From: an uncultured Verrucomicrobia subdivision 3 bacterium | GTDB lineage: Bacteria > Verrucomicrobiota > Verrucomicrobiia > Limisphaerales > UBA11358 | Direction: 5' to 3' | DNA length: 51,104 nt | Assembly: GCA_903833055.1 (NCBI GenBank) | Contig: CAILDU010000188.1 | Span: 1-51,104 of the forward strand | Part shown: positions 17,096-26,440 of the stretch, piece by piece | Position numbering within the stretch: position 1 is the first letter of the stretch | How the letters are laid out: the number at the start of each line of letters is the position of its first letter | Program-made: the position numbers and the translations under genes | The notes under the pieces: generated by a model | The model's input: only the letters and a program-made list of their open reading frames with translations | Database searches by the model: none | Told to the model about the DNA's origin: nothing

Positions 17096-18012
17096 TGCTC
17101 GCGGCGCTGTTCACCACCCTGCTCTTCGCGACTTCCGCCGTTTGCGGTTATCGCGTCGCCAAACAAGTCGGTGGCATTGAGGCAAATTTCTGGCGCATCA
17201 CGCTCGCGACAATTTTCCTGACGATTTGGGCATTCACTTTTGGCGCAGGATTTTCCGGCGCACCGGAATGGTTCATCTTGAGCGGACTTTTTGGAATCGG
17301 CCTTGGCGACACCGCCTATTTTCAAGCGCTGCCGCGACTCGGCAGCCGCCGCACCGTTTTGCTGATGCAATGTCTCACCGCGCCGTTCGCTGCACTCATC
17401 GAATGGCTCTGGCTCGGCACAAAATTAAATTTGCCGGAAATTTTTTGTATCGCTGTAATTTTAATCGGCGTCGCCATCGCGCTCGCGCCGGACGATCACT
17501 TGAAAATTTCCGCGCGCGATTGGAAAATCGGTTTGACCGCCAGCATTTTTGCCGCGCTCGGCGGCGCGCTCGGCGCGGTCATCATCCGCAAAGGTTACGC
17601 GGCGATTCACGCTGACGGACTGAATGTTGATTCCGGCACGACCGGTTATCAACGCGTGCTCGGCGGCATTTTGATTCCGACGATTGCACTGATTATTTTC
17701 AAATGGCGTGCCGCGCCCGCGCACGGCGGCTGGTTTGAGAAAAAAACTTTGTCTGTCTCGCGCGAAAAATGGCTTCGCATCTGGCCGTGGGTTTTGGCGA
17801 ACGCGCTCGCCGGTCAGACGCTCGGCGTGACGTGCATGCAATGGGCGCTCAAGACCACGCCCGCCGCCGTCGTCGCCGCCATCATCGCCACGACACCCTT
17901 GGTATTGCTACCGATGACGCGCATTGTCGAAGGTGAAGAAATCGGCGTCCGTTCACTCGTCGGCGCGCTCGTCGCCGTCGGCGGCGTAATCGGACTGACT
18001 TTTTTCCGGTGA
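17095..18012 (+). CDS. DMT/EamA-family transporter
   Basis: About 10 hydrophobic segments in two repeats; SGLFGIGLGDTAYFQAL. Confidence 0.9.
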   Translation: MLAALFTTLLFATSAVCGYRVAKQVGGIEANFWRITLATIFLTIWAFTFGAGFSGAPEWFILSGLFGIGLGDTAYFQALPRLGSRRTVLLMQCLTAPFAALIEWLWLGTKLNLPEIFCIAVILIGVAIALAPDDHLKISARDWKIGLTASIFAALGGALGAVIIRKGYAAIHADGLNVDSGTTGYQRVLGGILIPTIALIIFKWRAAPAHGGWFEKKTLSVSREKWLRIWPWVLANALAGQTLGVTCMQWALKTTPAAVVAAIIATTPLVLLPMTRIVEGEEIGVRSLVGALVAVGGVIGLTFFR

Positions 18013-18015
18013 ATT

Positions 18016-18102
18016 TTTAACGCAAAGGCGCAAAGGCGCAAAATAATTTGAACTCCGCTCCAACTCGTTTGCGACTTTGCTTCTTTGCGCCTTTGCGTTA
18101 AA
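18016..18102. repeat. Inverted repeat built of GCGCAAAG octamers (stem-loop)
   Basis: 20-bp perfect arms TTTAACGCAAAGGCGCAAAG (18016-18035) and CTTTGCGCCTTTGCGTTAAA (18083-18102). Confidence 0.85.
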
Positions 18103-18116
18103 TCTGAATTGCACTT

Positions 18117-18479
18117 ATGCCATCAGCACTCCAGTCCGCCGTCGCAACGCTCGGCCTCGAAAAATTTCGCCGCCACATTTTTCTCTGCGTGGACGCGGAC
18201 GAACCCAAATGCTGTTCGCGCGAACAAACGCTCGCGTCATGGGATTTTTTGAAAACGCGTTTGAAAGAATTAAATCTCGTCGGCGCGCAACCGCTCGTCT
18301 ATCGCACCAAGGCCAGTTGCCTGCGCGTCTGCACGCGCGGCCCCATCGCCGTCGTCTATCCCGAAGGCGTCTGGTATCACAGTTGCACGCCGGAAGTTTT
18401 GGAACGCATCATCAACGAACACTTGGTCGGTGGAAAAACGGTGACGGAATTTGCCTTCGCCGAAAATTCGTTGCGCTAA
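18117..18479 (+). CDS. Thioredoxin-like [2Fe-2S] ferredoxin
   Basis: HIFLC...PKCC...[20 protein letters not shown]...IINEHLVGG. Confidence 0.9.
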   Translation: MPSALQSAVATLGLEKFRRHIFLCVDADEPKCCSREQTLASWDFLKTRLKELNLVGAQPLVYRTKASCLRVCTRGPIAVVYPEGVWYHSCTPEVLERIINEHLVGGKTVTEFAFAENSLR

Positions 18480-18537
18480 ATTCATCTCGACTTGGCGGCG
18501 CAACCAGCGCAACTTTGCGAAACAAAACCCGATTTTC

Positions 18538-19152
18538 ATGGCGCGCCTGCAAGTTAAAACCGATGGACTGAATCTACGTTCGCTCGAATTACGGCTCGGC
18601 GCCAACCGCACGGGACGCGATCCCGACGCTGATTTCACCCTGTCGCATCCGTCGGTTTCATTCACGCACTGCGAATTTATTTTGTCGCACGACGGCGTTT
18701 TTGTGCGCGACTGTGATTCCACCAACGGCACTTTCGTCAACGGCGAAATGGTCAAGGCCGCCCATCTGCAACCCGGTCAAGCCGTGCGTCTCGGCGATGT
18801 GGAACTAATTGTCGAATCCACCGAGGCCGCCATCGGCATCCCAAAAATGGAACGTGAAATTCCCGCGCCGCCGCCGATGCAGGCCGACGGCTCGCTGCTG
18901 TGTCGCCGGCATCCTGATGTCGCCGTGGCCTTCCGCTGCACTCACTGCCACGAACAGCTTTGCACCGGCTGCGTTCATGTTTTACGACTGCAAGGCGGCG
19001 GCAATCCACTTTTTCTCTGTCCGCTGTGCAGTCACAAGTGCGAACGCCTCCACAAAATTGAACGCCCCAAGGAAGATTTTTTTGGCGCGCTCGGACGCAC
19101 CATCCGAATGCCCCTGCTCTACTGGAAAGAACGCACCGGACGCAAAAAATAA
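18538..19152 (+). CDS. FHA-domain protein with C-terminal B-box-like zinc finger
   Basis: GR...SVSFTH...DCDSTNGTFVNG (FHA); CRRH...CTHC...CTGC...CPLC; ATG 18538. Confidence 0.88.
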   Translation: MARLQVKTDGLNLRSLELRLGANRTGRDPDADFTLSHPSVSFTHCEFILSHDGVFVRDCDSTNGTFVNGEMVKAAHLQPGQAVRLGDVELIVESTEAAIGIPKMEREIPAPPPMQADGSLLCRRHPDVAVAFRCTHCHEQLCTGCVHVLRLQGGGNPLFLCPLCSHKCERLHKIERPKEDFFGALGRTIRMPLLYWKERTGRKK

Positions 19153-19173
19153 TTCCGGCAAAGCTATTTCGGT

Positions 19174-20184
19174 TTACGCCAGAAATTTCCCCGCCATTTT
19201 TTCGAGCGCATCAATCCACGCCGGATGTTCGTTCATGCACGGAATGCGCGTGAACTCCTGACCGTTGCCGGCCATGAATTCTTCGCAGCCGCGAATGCCG
19301 ATTTCTTCGATCGTCTCCAAACAATCCGAGACAAACGCCGGACAAATCACGAGCATCTTCTTTTTTCCCTCCGTCGCGAGGCGCGGCAGTTCGTAATCTG
19401 TGTAAGGTTTTAACCACGGATCTTTGCCCAGCCGCGATTGAAATGACACCGACCATTTGCCCGCCGGCACGCCCGCCTTTTCGGTGAACAGCGCCGCCGT
19501 GCGATAACATTGCGCGCGATAGCAGTGCGCGTGCGACGGACTCGGCGTCTCGCAGCAATTTGGCGTGGCAAGACAATGACAGCCCGTCGTGTCCGACTTT
19601 TTGATGTGTCGCTCTGGAATGCCGTGAAAACTGAAAAGCAAATGGTCGTAATCTTTTTTGAAATAATCCGCCGCGCTCGCCACCAGCGCCGCGATGTAAT
19701 CCGGCTGGTCAAAATACGGCGCCTGCACCGTGATCTTCATCTGCGGCGCAAGTTTCGCCACGACTTCCTGCACACGCACGACGGCAGTTTCGTAACTCGA
19801 CATCGCGTAATGCGGAAACAGCGGGATCAACAAAACTTCCGTCGCGCCCTTCGCCGCCAGTTTTTTCACGGCGGATTCGATGGACGGATTTTGATAACGC
19901 ATCGCCAGTTCCACCGGCACGCTCACGCGTTTCTGCAAAAGTTCCTGAACGTGTTTGCTGGTGACGACCAGTGGCGAACCTTCCTTCGTCCAAACTTTTT
20001 CGTAAGCGTGGCCGGATTCCGCCGGGCGCTTGATCAAAATTAAGCCAACGAGCAAACGCCGCAGCGGCCACGCCACGTCAATGACGCGCCCGTCCATCAG
20101 AAACTCGTTCAAATACCGCCGCACATCCGGCACCGACGGTGAGTCCGGCGAACCGAGATTGACCAGTAAAATTGCTTTGCTCAT
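19174..20184 (-). CDS. hemH: Ferrochelatase
   Basis: LLVNLGSP, LAMRY, FSFHGIP, FQSRLG..PWLKPYT, FVSDCLETIEEI. Confidence 0.96.
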   Translation of the reverse strand: MSKAILLVNLGSPDSPSVPDVRRYLNEFLMDGRVIDVAWPLRRLLVGLILIKRPAESGHAYEKVWTKEGSPLVVTSKHVQELLQKRVSVPVELAMRYQNPSIESAVKKLAAKGATEVLLIPLFPHYAMSSYETAVVRVQEVVAKLAPQMKITVQAPYFDQPDYIAALVASAADYFKKDYDHLLFSFHGIPERHIKKSDTTGCHCLATPNCCETPSPSHAHCYRAQCYRTAALFTEKAGVPAGKWSVSFQSRLGKDPWLKPYTDYELPRLATEGKKKMLVICPAFVSDCLETIEEIGIRGCEEFMAGNGQEFTRIPCMNEHPAWIDALEKMAGKFLA

Positions 20185-20185
20185 G

Positions 20186-21556
20186 TTAAAAAAGTTTACC
20201 AACGCGTTCGGCGATGTTCACGCCTGAAACAATCGAATCGCCCAGTGAAACGCCATCGCGATAATGTCCGGCGAAAAATAGGTTGGGATTTTTGGCTTCG
20301 AGGTCATTCAACAAATCGCGGTATTTGCCGTAGCCGACGTTGTATTGCGGAATCGCCTTCGGCCAAAATGCCGTGTGCACAAACGTTGGTTTGCCTGTCA
20401 CACCAAGCAGCGCGCGCAAATCTGCCAGCACCACCTCAACCAATTTGTCCGCGGGCAACGAGGCGAGCTCTGGATAACGCGCGCCGCCGACGTAGCTTGT
20501 CAAATTGATCTGGTCACTGGGAGCGCGATTGGGAAACAACGCGGAGGAAAAAATCGTGCCGAGGATTTTGAAGCCCTCAATCTTCGGAATCAGCATCCCA
20601 AATCCCTGACAGGAATGCGTCACGTCTTCGCGACGAAAACCGAGGACAACGCTAGCCACCGGCGGATAACTAATTTCGGAAAACAGGTTCAGATCCACCG
20701 GAGATGGTGCTTCGATGTTGAGCTGTGCCAGACGATGTGCCGTGCCGCAATAAATCACCGCGCCAAATTCCGTCTCGCCCTGCGCCGTGGTGACGCGCCA
20801 GCCATCGCCGGTGCGCGTGAGTTTCGTGACGGGCGTGTTTAATTTGAGCGCATCGCCGAGCTGCGCCGCCAGCGTGTCGGGCAAAACCTGCAACCCTTCA
20901 TCGAACGAAAATTTCGCCGCGCGATCTTTCGCCACTTCGCCGGATTTTTTCCGGTCGCGTGCGCCAAAAAGTTGGCCCTTGATCATCGAGCCGTAATTAT
21001 CTTCGAGCGCCTTGAGCTTGGGGAACGCGTGTGGCAGCGAGAGTTTGTGCGGATCGCCTGCGTAAATTCCGGCAACGAGCGCGTCAATTGCGTGATCTAA
21101 AAATTCCTGGTTGAACCGGCGCACGACGAACTGCGCGATGCTTTCTTCCACGCCGTCGCGGCGCGGTTTAATGAAGGGTTCGCGCAGCACCGCAAGCTTG
21201 GCCTTGGCGGTGAACAGCGGAGTCGAAAAAAATCCGAGTGGCTTGCCGGGCATCTCGATCGGGCGACCGTAGCGCACGACGTAGCGCACTTCGGCTTTGG
21301 GATCGGTATTCAACTTACGCGCTTCCAGCCCGGCATCGCGGACGAGCTGCGCGATTTTCGGCGACGTTTCGAGAATGGTATTCGGCCCGAACTCAGCGAG
21401 GAACCCATCCTTGCGAATGGATTGAATCACTCCGCCCGCACGTGAACTGGCTTCAAAAACCGTCACGGCAATACCCGCGCGTTTCAGGTAAAACGCAGCG
21501 GTCAAACCCGTGATGCCAGCACCGATGATTGCGACAGATTTCATTCGCCCAATCAA
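20186..21556 (-). CDS. hemY: FAD-dependent protoporphyrinogen oxidase (HemY type)
   Basis: IIGAGITGL, EFGPNT, GIYAGD, GFGMLIP, AIPQY. Confidence 0.93.
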   Translation of the reverse strand: MIGRMKSVAIIGAGITGLTAAFYLKRAGIAVTVFEASSRAGGVIQSIRKDGFLAEFGPNTILETSPKIAQLVRDAGLEARKLNTDPKAEVRYVVRYGRPIEMPGKPLGFFSTPLFTAKAKLAVLREPFIKPRRDGVEESIAQFVVRRFNQEFLDHAIDALVAGIYAGDPHKLSLPHAFPKLKALEDNYGSMIKGQLFGARDRKKSGEVAKDRAAKFSFDEGLQVLPDTLAAQLGDALKLNTPVTKLTRTGDGWRVTTAQGETEFGAVIYCGTAHRLAQLNIEAPSPVDLNLFSEISYPPVASVVLGFRREDVTHSCQGFGMLIPKIEGFKILGTIFSSALFPNRAPSDQINLTSYVGGARYPELASLPADKLVEVVLADLRALLGVTGKPTFVHTAFWPKAIPQYNVGYGKYRDLLNDLEAKNPNLFFAGHYRDGVSLGDSIVSGVNIAERVGKLF

Positions 21557-22929
21557 ATGGTCTTCGAATGTCTCCGCTCATTTGCCGCGCCGAGCGTGTT
21601 GTCAAAACACATCGCGATGTTGCGGATGAAGAGGCGACCAGAGTTCGTGACTTCGAGGCCGGTGTCGGTTTTTTTCACCAGTCCGTCGGCGATGAAGGGC
21701 GCGAGCGTGGCGAGTTCCTTTTCAAAATGTTGCTCGAAGTTGATGCCGAGTTTCGTGCTCATCGACGCGAAGTCGAGCGAGAGGTCACACATCGTCCGCA
21801 TGATGGTTTCGCGGCGAATTTTATCCTCGTCGCTGACGATGTAAGCTTTGTGCAACGGCACGTTGCCGGCGTCCACGGCGGCTTGATACTTCGGCAGTTC
21901 CTTCTCGTTTTGCCAATAGACATCGGGCGTTTGCGACACCGCGCTCATGCCGAACGCGTAAATATCCGAACCGGCGCGCGTGCTGTAACCTTGAAAATTT
22001 CGCTGCAAATTTTTGTTCCGTTGCGCGATGGTGAGTTCGTCCGTCGGCTTCGCAAAATGATCCATGCCGATGTAAACATACTGGTCATCCGCCGTGAGTT
22101 TTTCGATGACGAGCTTCAGCACTTCAAGTTTGGATTCGGGCGTCGGCAGAATTTTTTCCTCAAGAATTTTTTGCGCGGGTTTGATCCACGGCACATGCGC
22201 GTAGCTAAACACGGCGAGGCGATCCGGCTTCATTTCCAAAACGGTTTCAATCGTTTCGGTGAACGACGCGGGCGTCTGAAACGGCAGACCGTAAATCAAA
22301 TCCAGATTGATCGAGCCGAAGCCGAGTTCGCGCATCCAATCCATCGCCTGCTGCGTCATCTCGCGCGGCTGAATGCGGTGAATCGCCTCCTGAACTTTGG
22401 GATTAAAATCCTGCACACCCATCGAGGCGCGATTGAAACCGATTTCGCGCAGAGCGACGAGATGTTCGCGTGTGAGGCGACGAGGATCCACTTCGACACT
22501 CGCTTCAATGTCGGGCGAAAACGTGAAATGTTTGTGGATGATTTCGCCGAGGCGGCGGATTTCGTCCGGGCGCAAAAAAGTCGGCGAACCGCCGCCGAAA
22601 TGAAGCTGAACCGCTTTGCGATCTTTGTTCAAACGCGGTGCGAGTTTGGCAACTTCGCGGCCAAGATAATCAATGTAGTCTTTGCCCTTGTCGTGATTGG
22701 TCGTAATGACCGTCGTGCAACCACAAAACCAACAGAGCGATTCGCAAAACGGAATGTGAAAATAAACCGACAGGTCGCGCGGTGTCTGGTTATTGAACTC
22801 AATCTTTTCGGAAAGTTGGTCCCACGTCACCGTGTCGGTGAACTTGGTTGCGGGCGGATAGCTGGTGTAACGCGGCCCAGCCACGTTATATTTTTTCACC
22901 AGATCGAGATCGACGTTCAGCGTTTTCAT
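21553..22929 (-). CDS. hemN: Oxygen-independent coproporphyrinogen III oxidase (radical SAM)
   Basis: GPRYTSYP, HIPFCESLCWFCGC, GGGSPT, IGMDHFA, RNFQGY. Confidence 0.97.
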   Translation of the reverse strand: MKTLNVDLDLVKKYNVAGPRYTSYPPATKFTDTVTWDQLSEKIEFNNQTPRDLSVYFHIPFCESLCWFCGCTTVITTNHDKGKDYIDYLGREVAKLAPRLNKDRKAVQLHFGGGSPTFLRPDEIRRLGEIIHKHFTFSPDIEASVEVDPRRLTREHLVALREIGFNRASMGVQDFNPKVQEAIHRIQPREMTQQAMDWMRELGFGSINLDLIYGLPFQTPASFTETIETVLEMKPDRLAVFSYAHVPWIKPAQKILEEKILPTPESKLEVLKLVIEKLTADDQYVYIGMDHFAKPTDELTIAQRNKNLQRNFQGYSTRAGSDIYAFGMSAVSQTPDVYWQNEKELPKYQAAVDAGNVPLHKAYIVSDEDKIRRETIMRTMCDLSLDFASMSTKLGINFEQHFEKELATLAPFIADGLVKKTDTGLEVTNSGRLFIRNIAMCFDNTLGAANERRHSKTI

Positions 22930-24005
22930 TTGAAAGTTTTCACAGTGTCCACCAAAGCTTGAATATTTTCCAGTTTTGCGCCTGGCGTCAAACCGTGGCC
23001 TAAATTAAAAATATGTCCGGGGCGACCACGCATGGTTTCGAGAATTTTTTTTGTCTCCGCCGCGACTACTTCCGGCGTGGATTCAACAATGTGCACCGGC
23101 GAAAGATTTCCCTGCATCGCGATGTGCGCCGGAATAATTTTGCACGCTTCCGCCAAATCCGTTTGCCAATCAATCCCGAGAATGTCCGCGCCACTATTGA
23201 TTAAATCCGGCCAGTTGCCATGCGTGCCGAGCGAGAAATTGATAATTGGCAACTGGCAGTTGGCCGCTCGGAGATTGGAAATAATTTCATTCGTCCAACG
23301 CCCGCTCGCCTCCTGAAATTCCGTCGGCGCAAGATGTCCGCCGTGACTGTCGAAAATTTGCACGGCATCCACGCCCGTCGCGATTTGCATTTTCAAATAC
23401 GCGGTGACAGCGGCGGTGAGTTTTTCCAGCAAGCCAAAAAAAGTTTTTTTGTCCTCGCGGAAAAGCTGCAGCGCGCGGCTGTATTTCGGCACGCTTGCAC
23501 CTTCCATCATGAATGTCGCCAGCGTCCACGGCGAACCGGTGAAGCCGAGCAGCGCCGTTTTATCGCCGAGTTCTTTACGAAGAATTTTTAGTGCCTGTTC
23601 AACGTAGTTCAATTGCTCAACGACGTGTTCGACCGAAAGTTTTTCAATGTCCGCCTTGCTGGTGACGGCGAAATCCATCTGCACACCGCCGGTTTCTTTG
23701 AAATGATATTTCTGCCCCATTGCCTCGGGAATTACGAGGATATCGCTGAACAAAATCGCCGCATCAAAACCAAACCGGCGAATGGGCTGCAAAGTCACCT
23801 CGACCGCGAGTTCAGGATTCTGGCAAAGCTGCACGAAGGTGTAAGTTTCCTTGAGCTTACGATATTCCGGCAGCGCGCGACCGGCCTGACGCATCAGCCA
23901 CATCGGCGGGCGGTCCACAGTTTGGCAGCGAGCCGCGCGGTTGAAGCGTTCGCGCGCGGTCAAAAAATTTTGCACAGCCATCGGTTTTGATTCAGTGACA
24001 TTCAT
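22926..24005 (-). CDS. hemE: Uroporphyrinogen decarboxylase
   Basis: PMWLMRQAGRALPEY, DAAILFSDIL, GSPWTLA, HIFNLGHG. Confidence 0.97.
   Translation of the reverse strand: MNVTESKPMAVQNFLTARERFNRAARCQTVDRPPMWLMRQAGRALPEYRKLKETYTFVQLCQNPELAVEVTLQPIRRFGFDAAILFSDILVIPEAMGQKYHFKETGGVQMDFAVTSKADIEKLSVEHVVEQLNYVEQALKILRKELGDKTALLGFTGSPWTLATFMMEGASVPKYSRALQLFREDKKTFFGLLEKLTAAVTAYLKMQIATGVDAVQIFDSHGGHLAPTEFQEASGRWTNEIISNLRAANCQLPIINFSLGTHGNWPDLINSGADILGIDWQTDLAEACKIIPAHIAMQGNLSPVHIVESTPEVVAAETKKILETMRGRPGHIFNLGHGLTPGAKLENIQALVDTVKTFK
23237..23264 (-). repeat. Degenerate tandem heptamer inside hemE
   Basis: Minus strand GCCAACT GCCAGTT GCCAATT ATCAATT, encoding ANCQLPIIN. Confidence 0.6.
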
Positions 24006-24089
24006 CAGATAAATTAGCCAAGCCCATCATAACACCATCCACCCCGATGACAGCTTCGTTTATTTTGGCAATGGCCGCACATATTTTGG

Positions 24090-25886
24090 TTAGCTAGCAG
24101 TTTGAGCCAGCATCCTGATGCGCCAGATGTGAATGGGTTCAGCAAATCCAGTGAACTGCTGCGTGTCCGCCACGGCGGTCAGCCGGACTTCGCGGAGAAA
24201 AAATTTTACTTCTTCACACTGGAATATTTCATCTGCCACCACCAGATCGCCGCCTTCGCAACGCTCGACCAAGCGCGCGGCGAGGTTCACGACCGAACCA
24301 AAAAAATCCAGCTTGTCGTTCGCGTTCACCGCGAGGCACGGCCCGACGTGCAGCGCCGACTTGAGTTGCAATTGCACTTTCTGCGTCAAATTCATTTTAC
24401 CAAGCTGCTCATGCATCGCGCGCGCAGCGGCGAACGCCTCCGGCAAATTACTGAACACGGCCATCACGGAATCGCCAATCGTTTTAACCACGCCGCCGTG
24501 ATTGACAGCAACGGCGTCGTGCAAAATTTTGAAATGGTCACGCACGAGCGCGTAAGCGGGCGCGTCACCAATGCGCGAATACATCGCCGTCGAGCCGCGC
24601 AAGTCCGTGAACAAAACCACTTGCGAACCGACGACCACTTGCTCCGTAGGCGAAATCACTTCGGTGGCAAATAAATCGCGGAACTCCTGCCAGTTCGTCA
24701 CGCGCGCGGCGGTCAAAATCTCGTCGTCACCCGCCCCGGATTCCAGCGCGACCTGCACCGGAAACGGATTCGGATTGCGGACGGAAAAGATTTTATCCGT
24801 GCGATTAAATTCAAATTTTTCCGGCGCGCAAATGATTTCAACTTCGCCCGCTGGCAACAAAGAAATTTCTTTCACCTGCACGGAACGAACCCGTAAATCC
24901 CGCGTGGTCATTGGAAAAACCCATTCACGGCGCTCGTTTGGTTCAAGGCAAATCTGAGCGGCGAGGTGTGGGCGCGCGCCGGGACCGACGAGACAAAAAG
25001 TTTGTTCATCGCACGGACGCACGGCGGGATTCACGGAAAATTTCAGCTCGACGGACTTGTCGAATTCCGCGTCGAAACGGATGTTGCAGACGTCGCAATG
25101 CGCCGTGCGCGCGAGGTCGGCGAGCGAACTCGTGCGCGGCGCGCGCGTGGCACGACAATTCGGACACAACACTTCCCAGCGCAAATTCAAAAGACCGGCG
25201 CGCGTCGCGTGCAGAAATAATTTCAAAACGTCCCAGCGGTCCGCGCGCCAGTTTTTGGCGACGGTGAACGGACGGATGTGGGACAGTTCCACATCCGCCG
25301 ATTCCGTGAGCAGCGCGGAAAACTGTTTGACCAACAGCGCGGAAAAGTTTTCGGCGCGCAATTTTGCGAGGCCGCTGTCAAGCGCCGCAGAATTTGCCGG
25401 CGTAACGGAAAGTTTTGGCATCACGGCGCGTTGCTGACCCGCGAGATATTCACCGACGTGGCGGACGAGTGCCTTCATATCACGCAAGGTTTTCGGTCCG
25501 ATGACGTGCCGGACGAGCGCGGCGCCAAAAAGATTTTTCGTTTTGAAATGGCCGAACAATTCGATGGCGCAACCAGTTTTTGTTTCGCGCAATCGCAAAC
25601 CCATCACGGTTTCGACGAGCGCACCGGAAAGAAAAACGCGGCGCACCTGATAAAATTCCGGCTCGGTCCACTCGAAGGGAAATTCGCGCCACACGAGCGG
25701 CAGACCGAAAAATTTCGCGCGCGCGATGACTTTGCTGCCGCCTTCGGGCAGCGGCTCGACCGCGTATTTGACCGGCGGCAGGCCGACGGCGCGGTTGAGC
25801 CAGTCCGTCTTCGCCAAAATCGGCCAGACCGCCGCGCGGGGGTGCGGCAGTTCGACCGTTTCCTCGATTTTGACCAGTCGCGGCAT
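24090..25886 (-). CDS. Class III adenylate/guanylate cyclase with N-terminal SRPBCC-like and DUF5939-like zinc-ribbon domains
   Basis: VLFTDLRGSTAMY, VKTIGDSVMA, LDFFGSVVNLAARL; CPNC...CDVC; ATG 25886. Confidence 0.88.
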   Translation of the reverse strand: MPRLVKIEETVELPHPRAAVWPILAKTDWLNRAVGLPPVKYAVEPLPEGGSKVIARAKFFGLPLVWREFPFEWTEPEFYQVRRVFLSGALVETVMGLRLRETKTGCAIELFGHFKTKNLFGAALVRHVIGPKTLRDMKALVRHVGEYLAGQQRAVMPKLSVTPANSAALDSGLAKLRAENFSALLVKQFSALLTESADVELSHIRPFTVAKNWRADRWDVLKLFLHATRAGLLNLRWEVLCPNCRATRAPRTSSLADLARTAHCDVCNIRFDAEFDKSVELKFSVNPAVRPCDEQTFCLVGPGARPHLAAQICLEPNERREWVFPMTTRDLRVRSVQVKEISLLPAGEVEIICAPEKFEFNRTDKIFSVRNPNPFPVQVALESGAGDDEILTAARVTNWQEFRDLFATEVISPTEQVVVGSQVVLFTDLRGSTAMYSRIGDAPAYALVRDHFKILHDAVAVNHGGVVKTIGDSVMAVFSNLPEAFAAARAMHEQLGKMNLTQKVQLQLKSALHVGPCLAVNANDKLDFFGSVVNLAARLVERCEGGDLVVADEIFQCEEVKFFLREVRLTAVADTQQFTGFAEPIHIWRIRMLAQTAS

Positions 25887-25981
25887 GACGAAAAATCTAG
25901 CCGATACGACGGAATTTGAACAGGCCGCAGCCGCAAATAATTTTGCAACTTTGCGCGACTGCCGGTTTTTAATTTGATGCG

Positions 25982-26440
25982 ATGAAAGAACAACCTTCAA
26001 ATGCAGGCGAATCGTTGTGGCGGCGGAAGCTTGCCGAGGCCGAACGCGCCGCGTTGCGCGCGTCGCCGGAATTGGAACTGGAAGCCAGACTTACAGCGGC
26101 ACTGGATAAAATTTCCGAAGCGTCCGTGCCTTCCAATTTCACTGCGCGCGTGCTCGCCGCCGTCGAATTGGAAGAAATGCGTTCGGCGCGTTCGCGCTGG
26201 CATTGGAACTGGCATTCGCTTTTTCCGCGCATCGCTGTGGCGTGCGCCGTTTTGATTTTTGCCGGCGTCGGCATCCAGCGGTTCGAGACAAATTCACATC
26301 GTCTGGCGCTGGCAAAAGATGTCGCGATGGTTACTACGGCGCAACCGCCAAGTGTGGACGCGCTCGAAAATCTCGATGCCATCCAGCGTATGAGCCAACC
26401 GGCGCACGCCGACGGCGAACTGCTGGCCGTGCTGCAATGA
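25982..26440 (+). CDS. Single-pass membrane protein, anti-sigma-factor-like
   Basis: EARLTAALDKI...VPSNFTARVL pattern followed by one TM helix; ATGA overlap with the next gene. Confidence 0.7.
   Translation: MKEQPSNAGESLWRRKLAEAERAALRASPELELEARLTAALDKISEASVPSNFTARVLAAVELEEMRSARSRWHWNWHSLFPRIAVACAVLIFAGVGIQRFETNSHRLALAKDVAMVTTAQPPSVDALENLDAIQRMSQPAHADGELLAVLQ

Noticed and set aside
21529-22962. 477-aa plus-strand ORF
   Set aside because: Antisense shadow of hemN caused by codon bias; the same applies to 11043-12062, 31056-31973, 43766-44614 and 46945-48315
19174-24005. hemE-hemN-hemY-hemH cluster as a novel pathway
   Set aside because: Ordinary protoporphyrin-dependent heme biosynthesis
26203-26436. 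N-terminal extension of the 384-aa ORF
   Set aside because: Overlaps the upstream gene; the signal peptide starts at ATG 26437
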